From positions 496,001-560,000 of the forward strand of contig CATNEN010000011.1 of assembly GCA_950097015.1 (NCBI GenBank): DNA of 64,000 nt, in the 5' to 3' direction. Position 1 is the first letter of the stretch, and each line of letters begins with the position of its first letter. The position numbers and the translations under genes are program-made. A model generated the notes under the pieces. The model was not told the DNA's origin. It did no database searches and saw only the letters and a program-made list of their open reading frames with translations. Positions 13,077 through 25,599 of this stretch are shown here, in pieces. This DNA comes from Macrostomum hystrix. Taxonomy: Eukaryota; Animalia; Platyhelminthes.

Positions 13077-15085
13077 CATTGTACCATGACTACGTGGCTA
13101 TCGGGCGGGCTGATATTCGATTATTGCCATAGACGATGTCATTTTGGCCCGAAAAGTTGGGCCGATAATGGATTATTTTTGTGTATTTTAACGTATTTCA
13201 ACAAAATAAACAAAACATCCAACAAAGCAGTTAGAGTCCAGAGCCAAAGCCTAATTTCGCAAAGCGACCTTTTTGCACTCACATATAAATGTAACATTTA
13301 GCCCCGTTCTTCTCCAAGACGATCGTCGGGCCGGATTTATCAGGCTGGCCAATAGTTGTGACGGCAGTTGGAACGCTGGATGACTTTTCGCAGAGTGCTT
13401 GTGCTTGATGTCTGACCACGCTCGATGTAGAGGCATGTAGACTATCTGTGATAGCCGAAGACAATGCGCGCTTCTGGGCCACTGTTGTCCGCTTTGTATA
13501 ACGGACAACACTATCCACCTTTTTGTGCCCAGAGACGGTTTGAATCGCTTCGGCACTGAATCCAGCAGAGGACAGGTTTGTTATGGTTGTTGCGCGGATC
13601 GAATGGTTGGTGTAGTCCCGCGAGAGCCTGGCCGCTTTCGAGATCGTCTTCATCATGCTGGCCAATGTGTTCTTGCCCAATACATCTTTTGGGCAATACC
13701 ATGCTCCATTCTGCCACTTGACGGCAGGCCTGGGAAACAGAGAGCCGTTCTCAGATGGAAGCTTCGAAAGATACAGTTTGATCGCTTCAACTGGGCACAC
13801 AGATTTGTCTTGCACAGGAAAAATCCCAATCTCGCGATTGGACCGAGGGGCATCGGCGGACACACACTTTTCTTTCTTTTCTTTCTGCAAGTCAACGCAC
13901 GTCATACGTCCGGTGGATTCCCGCAGAATGACATATTTTTTCTCAAGCGCTCGAATTCATTCACGTCCACGAAAGGCAAAGCGTGAGCTCAGGACAAAGA
14001 AGACTTCCTGTTGCAGTTTCTGTGGCGAGCTCCGGTCGAAGTACGCATGCAACAACGCCAAATCTTCAGGCTCCAATGCTCGATACCCACCGTCACCATC
14101 CATCACCGAAACAGGTTTCTTCAGAGAGTACGTAAGAGCAGCTTTGAAAGTCTTCTCAAAAGCGCTAAATTCAACATTGCAGATGATATCCAAACCTCGT
14201 AAATTCTTCAAATACCGGTAGATTCCTGCGCGCATGCATACCAGCGAACTGCAACTGTACGCCGTTCCATCATCCCTTTTAACTACCGAAAAATACAGGC
14301 GCAGATAGTGACATAAATATCGAGTCGGTATTGTCTCAAGTTGCGATGGCAGTCCTCGATCGTCAAGAAATTTTCGGAAACGAGCGGCGTACGTAGCTGT
14401 TGCCTTCTCAGTAGACCAGACTTTGCCTAAGTCCTCCATCTTGGCAATTTCATTCAGATCTTCGTCAGTCAAAGCCTTACATGTGGACACTTCAGCCAGA
14501 AAACTCTCAATCATTTCCGTCTCAAGTACTGGCAGTCCCGTGGACTGATATACAGCTTCTTCCTCGCGCCGTCCATCACTAAGCGTGGTCACGAATTGAA
14601 GTTCGTCCGATGAGAGACCAGAAATTTCTTTCTCTAAAATTGCTTTGTAGTTCAGCATGGTCGATCTAGCATATGACGGTGAAGAATAAAGAAGTCTAGC
14701 TTCTTTCTCTAGTTGTTTGCTTCTCTTTGCTTCATTATTCTTTATCTTATAATTGAACTGTATAGTTTGTGATTAAATCATTTTGTCTATGGCTGATATG
14801 GTTTGTCTTGTTACTCAGCCACATAGTCTATGGTACAATCACAGTATTACCCAGGCTTTGCGGGCGATAATGAGAAATCCCTCGGGCGCCTTCGGCGCCC
14901 TCTGGCTTTCCCATTATCGCCCTGAAAACCTGGGTAATAATATATGTGGCTTATAGTATGTGGCTATACGTTAAAATACACAAAAATAATCCATTATCGG
15001 CCCAACTTTTCGGGCCAAAATGACATCGTCTATGGCAATAATCGAATATCAGCCCGCCCGATAGCCACGTAGTCATGGTACAATG
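13077..15085 (-). mobile_element. Crypton-type tyrosine-recombinase DNA transposon bounded by perfect 120-bp inverted repeats
   Basis: 13077-13196 is the exact reverse complement of 14966-15085. The interior encodes a DUF3504/ZMYM-like YR. No flanking target-site duplication found. Confidence 0.88.
13279..14658 (-). pseudogene. Tyrosine recombinase (Crypton/DUF3504 type), about 459 codons, one in-frame TGA at 13959-13957
   Basis: ORFs 14658-13957 and 13905-13279 share a frame and are joined by 17 sense codons. Catalytic motifs are FRGRE, NHSIRAT, SGHK and VVRY; family motifs CPVEAIKLYLSKLP and LGKNTLASMMK are present. Confidence 0.9.
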
Positions 15086-16928
15086 TACTATTAGCAGTCG
15101 ATTTTTGGTTGTTCTATTTTCAAGTTCGCCCATAGACACCGGTCCTTGGGCTTACATAGCGATGAACGGTTTTTGGCCTTGACGGGTACATCGGCTAGTT
15201 TTTTTATTTGGCTATTCAAGATTGTCATTAGTGTCATGCAGTAAATTTCACGTCTTTGTACCTCACTGCAAAGCTTCATATTAATTAATTTATTTATTAG
15301 TTGGTCAAATCAACATATTAATTGATTTGACCCCGCTTTACTAAACAACTGTACCATCCATTTTGTATCACTTGACCAATATACGTTGTTTTGTAAATAA
15401 GTTTCTATTCTATAAAGCTATGCATATTCATTGCAATATTATATACATAACCCAGTGTCAATGAGCAATAGCATAGCGACACCTGCGTTTAGAAATATAG
15501 CTTGCTTATAATCAGTGATCATTGTTTACTATACTACTAATGTGTAAGCAGCATACCTGTGTGTTATCGATGGTCTGCAAAGGTTTATATTTAGCGGAGA
15601 ACAGTTCTGATTGTGTATTTTTGTCCCAATTTAGAATTTTAGAAGTGTAAGTGGGTTTTCTGTCCCACCTTATCGTCGTGTTCCGTATTGAATGTAATGA
15701 ATAGGTGTTTGTTTTACGATTTCTGCTTATTCTGCCTAGCTAAAGTACAGTATCGCCAAGTAATTGACAAATCTACGCTTTATAATTTTGCTTGTCTGTA
15801 CAAATATAGTTGGCCCTTTGTAATGCTTGTTTGTTTAACCATGTGCAGTTTATATTCGCTTCAGTAACAAAATATTTTATTTAGTTTACACCTGCACATT
15901 GCAACTCATATATAAGGGATTTTTCTGAATTTCTTAACTACTGAAATTAGCGGCAGAACTGTACAAGCTAAAGCTTATTGCACATCTGTATTAATTGATT
16001 GATCAACACAGGCTATGTATTTCGCTATTTGCCTTAACTTTTTATATTTATCGCTTGCAGTTAGTTCTATCTAATCGCGAAATTTACTAACTTTTTTCTG
16101 TAAATTTGACTTCCAAAAGTGACTCTCCTCTGTTTTGCGAAATTTTCCTAATCTTTTCAAGTTTGTTTTGGTACACACACAAACATGCATAGACGCATAC
16201 AAGAGTGAGAACAGAACTAAGTCTTGTCATATTGACTATTGACTGTCATAGTGTCATATTGACTATCAATGATAGCTCGTACATAATTACTAAACAGATG
16301 TAGCAGCTTTGTACAGTAACAAATGCATCAGTGCCCAATCTAACAACTCCTTATTAACGTTTTTTCAACTAATTACCTGTACTTTTTATTTTCCCTTCAG
16401 TTTTGCTGCTTAGATTTTTCTAACTTACAATTTTTTCTTTTCGATATTTTTGTCCGCATATTTATTTTTTACAGGACGGAGTGCAATACAACATGATTTT
16501 TGCTTAAACAGATTAGACAGTATCAAATCAGTTAAGAGCTGAAGATTTACTAAATAAAATTTTATTTTTTTCCTTAAAAGCTGCCCATCCTGGTTTTCTT
16601 TTGCAGCCACGTTTTTTCTGCAGGTTGCAAAAAGATTAAAAAGTTAACGTTGATTTAAAATTAGGCAGATATTTTCTGCCAGCAAATTACTCACCTTCGC
16701 TTTGTTATTTACATTTTTAATGCAAGATAATATTTAAAAATAGATTACTTTTGTAATTTACTTTTTGAACTAATGCCCAATTATGGCTAATACCCAGTTG
16801 GGCCAGATGTACAGCCAGCTACAAAGCACTGCGATTACAAAGACTGTAGAGCTACTCAGTCCATGGACTGGTGTGGCCGCTATATTAGAAAATCATTTTT
16901 TTCTTTTCAGCTAGAAGTTTCGCTCACA

Positions 16929-19900
16929 ATGTCCAATACTGGCAAAGTTTACGGAAAATGCTTCGAATGCGGCTGTATCTGTCACAACTGTTCTGATACT
17001 AAAGAGTGAGTCTTCCTGTGCGATAAATTCTTCCCGTCCTTCAGTTAGTCCCACCCCTTCTTCAGTTATTTCCAAAAATCCTTCAGTTAGTCCCACCCAT
17101 ACTTCAGTTAGTCCCACCGATTCTTCAGTTAGTCCCACCCCTTCTTCAGTTATTTCCAAAAATCCTTCAGTTAGTCCCACCCATCCTTCAGTTAGTCCCA
17201 CCCATCCTTCAGTTAGTCCCACCCATCCTTCAGTTAGTCCCACCCATCCTTCAGTTAGTCCCACCCCTTCTTCAGTTATTTCCAAAAATCCTTCAGTTAG
17301 TCCCACCGATTCTTCAGTTATTTCCAAAAATCCTTCAGTTAGTCCCACCAATCCTTCAGTTAGTCCCACCGATTCTTCAGTTAGTCCCACCCCTTCTTCA
17401 GTTATTTCCAAAAATCCTTCAGTTAGTCCCACCCATCCTTCAGTTAGTCCCACCCATCCTTCAGTTAGTCCCACCCATCCTTCAGTTAGTCCCACCCATC
17501 CTTCAGTTAGTCCCACCCATCCTTCAGTTAGTCCCACCCATCCTTCAGTTAGTCCCACCCCTTCTTCAGTTATTTCCAAAAATCCTTCAGTTAGTCCCAC
17601 CGATTCTTCAGTTATTTCCAAAAATCCTTCAGTTAGTCCCACCCATCCTTCAGTTAGTCCCACCGATTCTTCAGTTAGTCCCACCCCTTCTTCAGTTATT
17701 TCCAAAAATCCTTCAGTTAGTCCCACCCATCCTTCAGTTAGTCCCACCCATCCTTCAGTTAGTCCCACCCATCCTTCAGTTAGTCCCACCGATTCTTCAG
17801 TTAGTCCCACGCATTCTACAGTTATTTCCAAAAATCCTTCAGTTAGTCCCACCCATCCTTCAGTTAGTCCCCCCGATTCTTCAGTTAGTCCCACCAATTC
17901 TTCAGTTATTTCAACAAATCCTTCAGTTAGCCCAACCCATCCTTCAGTTAGTCCCACCCATTCTTCAGTTAGTCCCACCCATTCTTCAGTTAGTCCCACC
18001 CATCCTTCAGTTAGTCCCACCCATCCTTCAGTTAGTCCCACCGATTCTTCAGTTAGTCTCACCCATCCTTCAGTTAGTACCACCCATTCTTCAGTTAGTA
18101 CCACCCATTCTTCAGTTCCTCCATTCTTCAGTACATTCTTCAGTCCCACCCACCCTTCAGTTAGTCCCACCCGCCCTTCAGTTAGTCTCACCCATCCTTC
18201 AGTTAGTCCCACCGATTCTTCAGTTAGTCCCACCCATCCTTCAGTTAGTACCACCCATTCTTCAGTTCCTCCATTCTTCAGTACATTCTTCAGTACCACC
18301 ATTCTTCAGTCCCACCCACCCTTCAGTTAGTCCCATTCATTCTTCAGTTAGTCCCACCCATCCTTCAATTAGTCACACCCATCCTTCAGTTAGTCACACC
18401 CATCCTTCAGTTAGTCACACCCAGTCTTCAGTTAGTCACACCCATCCTTCAGTTAGTCACACCGATTCTTCAGTTAGTCACACCGATTCTTCAGTTAGTC
18501 CCACCGATTCTTCAGTTAGTCACACCCATCCTTCAGTTAGTCCCACCGATTCTTCATTTAGTCACACCCATCCTTCAGTTAGTCCCACCCATCCTTCAGT
18601 TAGTCCCACCGATTCTTCAGTTCCTCCATTCTTCAGTACATTCTTCAGTACCACCATTCTTCAGTCCCACCCACCCTTCAGTTAGTCCCACCCACCCTTC
18701 AGTTGGTCCCACCGATTCTTCAGTTAGTCACACCCATCCTTCAGTTAGTCCCACCTATCCTTCAGTTAGTCCCACCGATTCTTCAGTTCCTCCATTCTTC
18801 AGTACCACCATTCTTCAGTCCCACCCACCCTTCAGTTAGTCCCACCCACCCTTCAGTAAGTCCCACCGATTCTTCAGTTAGTCCCACCGATTCTTCAGTT
18901 AGTCCCACCCACCCTTCAGTTCGTCCCACCGATTCTTCAGTTAGTACCTCCCATTCTTCAGTTCCTCCATTCTTCAGTACATTCTTCAGTACCACCCACC
19001 CTTCAGTTAGTCCCATTCATTCTTCTGTTAGTCCCACCCATCCTTCAGTTAGTCCCACCCATCCTTCAGCCAGTCTCTCGTGCTTCTCCGCAGTCTGGAC
19101 TATCACCGCCAAATCGCTGAGCTGCAGAGCCGGCTGCGGGATCAGCGTCAGAGCCAGGCTCGAGTGGAGGCCGATCTGGCTAACGAGCGCGACTCGCGCA
19201 GAACAGAGTCTGAGCGGCAAACGGATGACATGGCCAGGCTGAGGGATCGCTACGATCGGCTGCTTGAGTCGCACAAGAAGCTCAGCAGAGTCAACGCCGG
19301 TCTGGAAGAGAAGCTGCTGGATTTGGCTGGCCGGTTCGACTCGGAGCAGAGGGCACTGCTGGACAGGCTGGCCAGCGCTGAAACTGGACTAGCTGAATCA
19401 GAGCAGACTGTTGAAAGGCTGAGAGCAGACCGGGAGAGATGCAAGACAGAGTGCGAGATTGCTGTCAGAATGCTCAGAGCCCGGCCTGAGGCTTTTGTGC
19501 CTGACGAAGAAGCCGACGGACTTGAAGAGGCCGCATTAACAGCTAGAAATCTGCATGTTAAGGTGTGCTCTCAACAAAAAAATCTAGGATTATAAGTCTG
19601 CTATTAAAGGATTATCCATGACACTATTTTATCACACAATTATAAGATCCCCATCTCACTATTTTCCCATCACATCTCACTCAACCATCTCTCACTATCG
19701 AAGACTGAACTTGAATCCGTTTCCATGGCAATCGAATTTCAGCCTCCATCAACGTCATCCTACGTGACGGTGCCACTGCCGACATTTCCGCCAACTTTCG
19801 CGCATTTCCCAGCCGCATCAGCGGGCAGTGCCCAGCAGCAGCAGCAGCAGGTGCCGATGCTGCATCGTGCGGCCAGCGTTGGTGACGCCAGAGCTCTGGT

Positions 19901-19964
19901 CGCGGCCGCCGACGCAATGGCCAAGTCTGGCGGAGCCATTAGAAGAGGCATTTTCGATGTTTGA
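16929..19964 (+). CDS. TJAP1: TJAP1/BEGAIN-family coiled-coil protein. Exons 16929-17005, 19094(or 19070)-19562, 19704-19964
   Basis: Phases match (2,0). Coiled coil RYDRLLESHKKLSRVNAGLEEKL...LRADRERCKTECEIAVRML resembles the TJAP1/BEGAIN core; the last exon contains an FPPT motif. Confidence 0.7.
17037..19069. repeat. Minisatellite, 21-bp unit (CCTTCAGTTAGTCCCACCCAT) with variants, about 2 kb, filling the first coding intron of the TJAP1-like gene
   Basis: Direct inspection; antisense ORF GLTEGWV repeats. Confidence 0.95.
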
Positions 19965-20739
19965 GCAGGTATTTTTAGTTTGAGCTTTAATTTACATTTT
20001 GCTGTTTAGCTTATTGAGCTGATAAGCCTAATAGTCTCCTTTGGCGGTGGATCCTAAATGTTTTGTCAAGAAAAATTATTCCAAAAACTGATTGCCATAT
20101 ATTTTGTTTGCCAAGAAATTAAGTTCATATCTGTGCCATTCTACTTCCAGTATCGTGCAAGTGTATCTTAGTAGTAATTAAGTCGCTTTATTGTTTACAT
20201 ATAGAAATAGTAAATATATTTTCTTGCAATTTATTGATTTCCTTACCTTGTTTTGAATAGTTTTCTTGTTCTACTGATCATTGTGTTATTCATCTACCTA
20301 CAATATTGTTCATTTATTTGTCTTGACTTTATTGGTTTTTTGTTCTGTATTTAACTGCTCCTAGTTTACATGAATTGTATTGTGCTCACTCACTTTCATA
20401 CTGCTTGCTGTGATTTTTGGAAATGGAATCTGTAGAACAGGAATTTAAAATACTTTCTTACACTGATAAGTCTCTCGCTAAACTCTATTAAGATGCAGTG
20501 CTTTATAAATGCAGCTGAATAATCCATGCCAAGTGGTGCGTTTCATCGATTTTTTAAAATATAGCGAGCACTACTGTAATTTAATTCCGAAGAAATCTAT
20601 CTACAGGCAGTGCTTGCGGCGGCAGTTATTTTTAAACAAGCCAGGAATTGACTGCCAGGTGTTTGGTTGAAGTTTTGTTGAAGCTGTTCTTTGAATAGTT
20701 GTCTCAATGATTTCATTCATTTTTAGATTAGGCTGTTAA

Positions 20740-20915
20740 TCTACTGGTGGGAGCTTTCAACTTCTAACTAAGAGATCATTGGTTCGAAACTTAGTTGAGG
20801 TAAATTAAATTGTGTCCCCCAGTCCACGGACTGAACAAGCCACAGATTCTATATGAGCCATAAAACGGCATAGCAGAATAGCAGTTCAAGAAATAGGCAC
20901 TTCAATAATAATAAT
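20740..20915 (+). mobile_element. Possible tRNA-derived SINE remnant
   Basis: B-box-like GGTTCGAAAC near 20782 followed about 110 bp later by an (AAT)n tail; no clear A box or TSD. Confidence 0.3.
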
Positions 20916-22300
20916 AATAATAACAACCGCGAGTATTAAAGACTAACGAAGAGAAGTGACATCGCAAGGAAATATAGTTGAACTTTCAATTTAACTATGC
21001 GATATCAGTAAGGGAAATAGACTCTCCAAAAGAGGAGAACGATCGATAAATAAAGTATTTCGCTCATCATGCCTAGGGCTGTCCAGGTCCACCAAGAAAA
21101 CTTGTAGTTATCTGCTTGGACAATTCTACAGCAAAAGTAAATCCTTTGAATAACTGCTCAGAGAATGTACTAACATATCAGGCTCAGTGCTCATGCATCG
21201 GCTTGCTCAGTGTTTGGTAAGATCTATGGAAACTATTAAAGTACATACATACTTTGCATTGGGTGGTGAGTGACAGATTGGTTGACAGACTAGGCGATAA
21301 TTTGTCCTGTGGTCGAGCTGCGCCTAATATTTTGGCTTGATCAGTGAAATTTGAGAAATTGGGTGTCCATAGTTCATATTTCCTAGTTCATTGTACATAC
21401 TGTAGTTCCACCTGTTGTAGTCCTTAAAGGTCCAGCAGTCCGTTTTCATAAAGGTAGGTGTCCACCGAAGCGGAGATGTTGCAGGCACATTCGGGTGACA
21501 TGCTGACAAATTTTGAAGGCCTTGGCAAGGCCGCACTGAGGCGCAGTGCTAATTTGTGTATAGGGGTGTATGAAATACACTAGCTCTTATGGGAAAAATC
21601 GGCCTTTGGCCAGAACCATAGAATATCTCGACGGTCCGAAGAGCTGGCGACTTGATTATTGTTTCAGAAGACGCGCAACAAAAATTTGGCCCTTGTTCTT
21701 GAGTTTCGAGTGCTTGCGTTGCTCCGTTCGTGTGCAGCACAGAAAATTGTCGAAGGGCGAAAATCCACCCTAGGTAGTTTTCATGGAATGGCGTTTCTAT
21801 CGTTTACCTAAACTCATATTAGACTGATTTCTTAGAAATGAGCTGTTGCTCAGAAATCATGTGCCAGTACTCGTATTAGAACTCAGAACTTTCAAATTCA
21901 ATGAATATGCATTTTGATATTCAAACATGAAAATGTTTTGCGCAATTCTCATTCCAGCCTACTAAAGAATGCTTTCTGAACAAATTTCTTTGCACATCTA
22001 GAAGCCAGTAAAAAATTACAAATTGAATTCGAGCATACTGAGAGCAGAGGCCTCCAAAGTGACAATTTTGTCGGACCTGAATGCCTGCTTGAAATTTGAC
22101 AAGTTTGGAATCGTTTGAAAGCGGAGAAATCTTTTCTTTTATTTAACTATATACATTTGTGAGTACGTTTAACTGCAGTGGTCAGATCACAATCAATTTT
22201 GGTAAGCCAAATAAGATTAATGCAGACCCTTATTCGTCTCTTGAAAAAAACCGAGGATATTCAACACTAAGACGTCAGGCCAGTCATCTTTCATCAACGC

Positions 22301-24370
22301 CAGGCCGCACACTGCCCACATGACAAAAGGCGGCGATTGAAGAAGTTCGGTCGGTCTTGGAGCATGCATGTGTGCTGCATTAGGGTGGCCCAGACCGCAC
22401 ACTGCCCACATGACAAAAGACGGCGATTGAAGAAGTTCGGTCGGTCTTGGAGCATGCATGTGTGCTGCATTAGGGTGGCCCAGACCGCACACTGCCCACA
22501 TGACAAAAGACGGCGATTGAAGAAGTTCGGTCGGTCTTGGAGCATGCATGTGTGCTGCATTAGGGTGGCCCAGGCCGCACACTGCCCACATGACAAAAGA
22601 CGGCGATTGAAGAAGTTCGGTCGGTCTTGGAGCATGCATGTGTGCTGCATTAGGGTGGCCCAGACCGCACACTGCCCACATGACAAAAGACGGCGATTGA
22701 AGAAGTTCGGTCGGTCTTGGAGCATGCATGTGTGCTGCATTAGGGTGGCCCAGGCCGCACACTGCCCACATGACAAAAGACGGCGATTGAAGAAGTTCGG
22801 TCGGTCTTGGAGCATGCATGTGTGCTGCATTAGGGTGGCCCAGGCCGCACACTGCCCACATGACAAAAGACGGCGATTGAAGAAGTTCGGTCGGTCTTGG
22901 AGCATGCATGTGTGCTGCATTAGGGTGGCCCAGACCGCACACTGCCCACATGACAAAAGACGGCGATTGAAGAAGTTCGGTCGGTCTTGGAGCATGCATG
23001 TGTGCTGCATTAGGGTGGCCCAGGCCGCACACTGCCCACATGACAAAAGACGGCGATTGAAGAAGTTCGGTCGGTCTTGGAGCATGCATGTGTGCTGCAT
23101 TAGGGTGGCCCAGACCGCACACTGCCCACATGACAAAAGGCGGCGATTGAAGAAGTTCGGTCGGTCTTGGAGCATGCATGTGTGCTGCATTAGGGTGGCC
23201 CAGACCGCACACTGCCCACATGACAAAAGACGGCGATTGAAGAAGTTCGGTCGGTCTTGGAGCATGCATGTGTGCTGCATTAGGGTGGCCCAGGCCGCAC
23301 ACTGCCCACATGACAAAAGACGGCGATTGAAGAAGTTCGGTCGGTCTTGGAGCATGCATGTGTGCTGCATTAGGGTGGCCCAGGCCGCACACTGCCCACA
23401 TGACAAAAGACGGCGATTGAAGAAGTTCGGTCGGTCTTGGAGCATGCATGTGTGCTGCATTAGGGTGGCCCAGACCGCACACTGCCCACATGACAAAAGA
23501 CGGCGATTGAAGAAGTTCGGTCGGTCTTGGAGCATGCATGTGTGCTGCATTAGGGTGGCCCAGACCGCACACTGCCCACATGACAAAAGACGGCGATTGA
23601 AGAAGTTCGGTCGGTCTTGGAGCATGCATGTGTGCTGCATTAGGGTGGCCCAGGCCGCACACTGCCCACATGACAAAAGACGGCGATTGAAGAAGTTCGG
23701 TCGGTCTTGGAGCATGCATGTGTGCTGCATTAGGGTGGCCCAGACCGCACACTGCCCACATGACAAAAGACGGCGATTGAAGAAGTTCGGTCGGTCTTGG
23801 AGCATGCATGTGTGCTGCATTAGGGTGGCCCAGACCGCACACTGCCCACATGACAAAAGACGGCGATTGAAGAAGTTCGGTCGGTCTTGGAGCATGCATG
23901 TGTGCTGCATTAGGGTGGCCCAGACCGCACACTGCCCACATGACAAAAGACGGCGATTGAAGAAGTTCGGTCGGTCTTGGAGCATGCATGTGTGCTGCAT
24001 TAGGGTGGCCCAGGCCGCACACTGCCCACATGACAAAAGACGGCGATTGAAGAAGTTCGGTCGGTCTTGGAGCATGCATGTGTGCTGCATTAGGGTGGCC
24101 CAGGCCGCACACTGCCCACATGACAAAAGACGGCGATTGAAGAAGTTCGGTCGGTCTTGGAGCATGCATGTGTGCTGCATTAGGGTGGCCCAGACCGCAC
24201 ACTGCCCACATGACAAAAGACGGCGATTGAAGAAGTTCGGTCGGTCTTGGAGCATGCATGTGTGCTGCATTAGGGTGGCCCAGGCCGCACACTGCCCACA
24301 TGACAAAAGACGGCGATTGAAGAAGTTCGGTCGGTCTTGGAGCATGCATGTGTGCTGCATTAGGGTGGCC
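22301..24370. repeat. Highly homogeneous tandem array, 90-bp unit x 23 copies
   Basis: 2070 bp = 23 x 90. Only two variable positions seen (CAGG/ACC and AAAGG/AC). Confidence 0.97.
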
Positions 24371-25599
24371 ATTGCCATTCTATTAAATGCCACAAACACC
24401 AGACATGAAGCTGAATTGCCATTTCCTCTTCAGATTGTGTAATGCGCAGTGCACAGCTTTCAATTACAATCCAAAAAGTGTGACACAAGTCGCGTATGTC
24501 ATTGCGATACGTGCAAAATAATACTTAGAAATTGAAAAAAGCAAGGAGTCTTCTTAGCTATGTTTAATTATAGCGAAAATCAATATTAACTACTTTTATA
24601 TTAGCTTTATTAGTTTTTAACAAGCAGCAGGATTCTAGGAAGTGGCCAACATGGGTGTAACAACATTAAATAACAAAGCCACTAAAACTTTCAGTCTAAA
24701 CGACTTTTAATGACTGTGCTAGGCGTTGATTTAACAGAGAACAGGCTTTCAAAAAGAACAATGTAACCGGCGATAAGTAAAAGAGAACAAAAATGTAATA
24801 AATTAATTTATTAAAATGATGTGGAGCAATAAAAGTAACTAGCAGTATTGAATAAATTATTTAAGCAGTATGTTTAATAAATAAGAAAATAAAATTAATA
24901 CAAACATTCTACTGACGTAAAAAAGAAGCAACAAAATTATTTTAGTTAAATTTAGGATTCGATAGGTTAGAGACCGCAAAATACAAATAAAAAGTTATTT
25001 TAATCGCTGATAAAATCGATCTATTGTTTTTTGCAGCCTCTCTACTTATCGTTTGAGTACAGATTAGAAGCTAATTAAAAATAATTTTTTTAGAATCAAG
25101 AGCGCTGAAAATATTAGCGTAAATTATAACTTTTATTTACCAGAAGGTAAAGTATTAACAGTGCTCAATGACTGACTGCAATTATTTATTGCCTATTCTC
25201 AGTGCCATTAGAGAAAAATATGTGCTAAAAATAATCAAGAAAAATAAAAGCAGGTAAAACCTGCCACACTATGGACAAGCGCTTTAAAGCAGTTGACAGA
25301 CTAAGACGGAGAAACAATAGAAAGAAAATTAAAAAGATAAAATACTTGAAAAATCGATACAGGAAAGAATTTAAACGAAAATCGCGCGTGTCTAGTAATT
25401 AAAATTGCTTTGGATCACAACTGAATCAAACTTTGCACTCAAGGTGGTTTGCTAAAATATTATTTATAGAAACAAAGACTAACAATTAATTAAAATATAG
25501 AAATTATTAATCTGAACGCGCAAGAAAACAAGACAGAAATGCTTCCATTGTGTAGACTGCAAACTGCTTAGCTATATGGCATGAACTTAGGACTTCACA

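Noticed and set aside
16911-18302. 463-aa GLTEGWV-repeat ORF on the minus strand
   Set aside because: Antisense reading of the 21-bp intronic array; the sense-strand gene model explains the flanks.
22301-24370. Possible CRISPR array or repeat-spacer system
   Set aside because: Units are contiguous and identical with no unique spacers, there are no cas genes, and the context is eukaryotic. The same applies to the other arrays.
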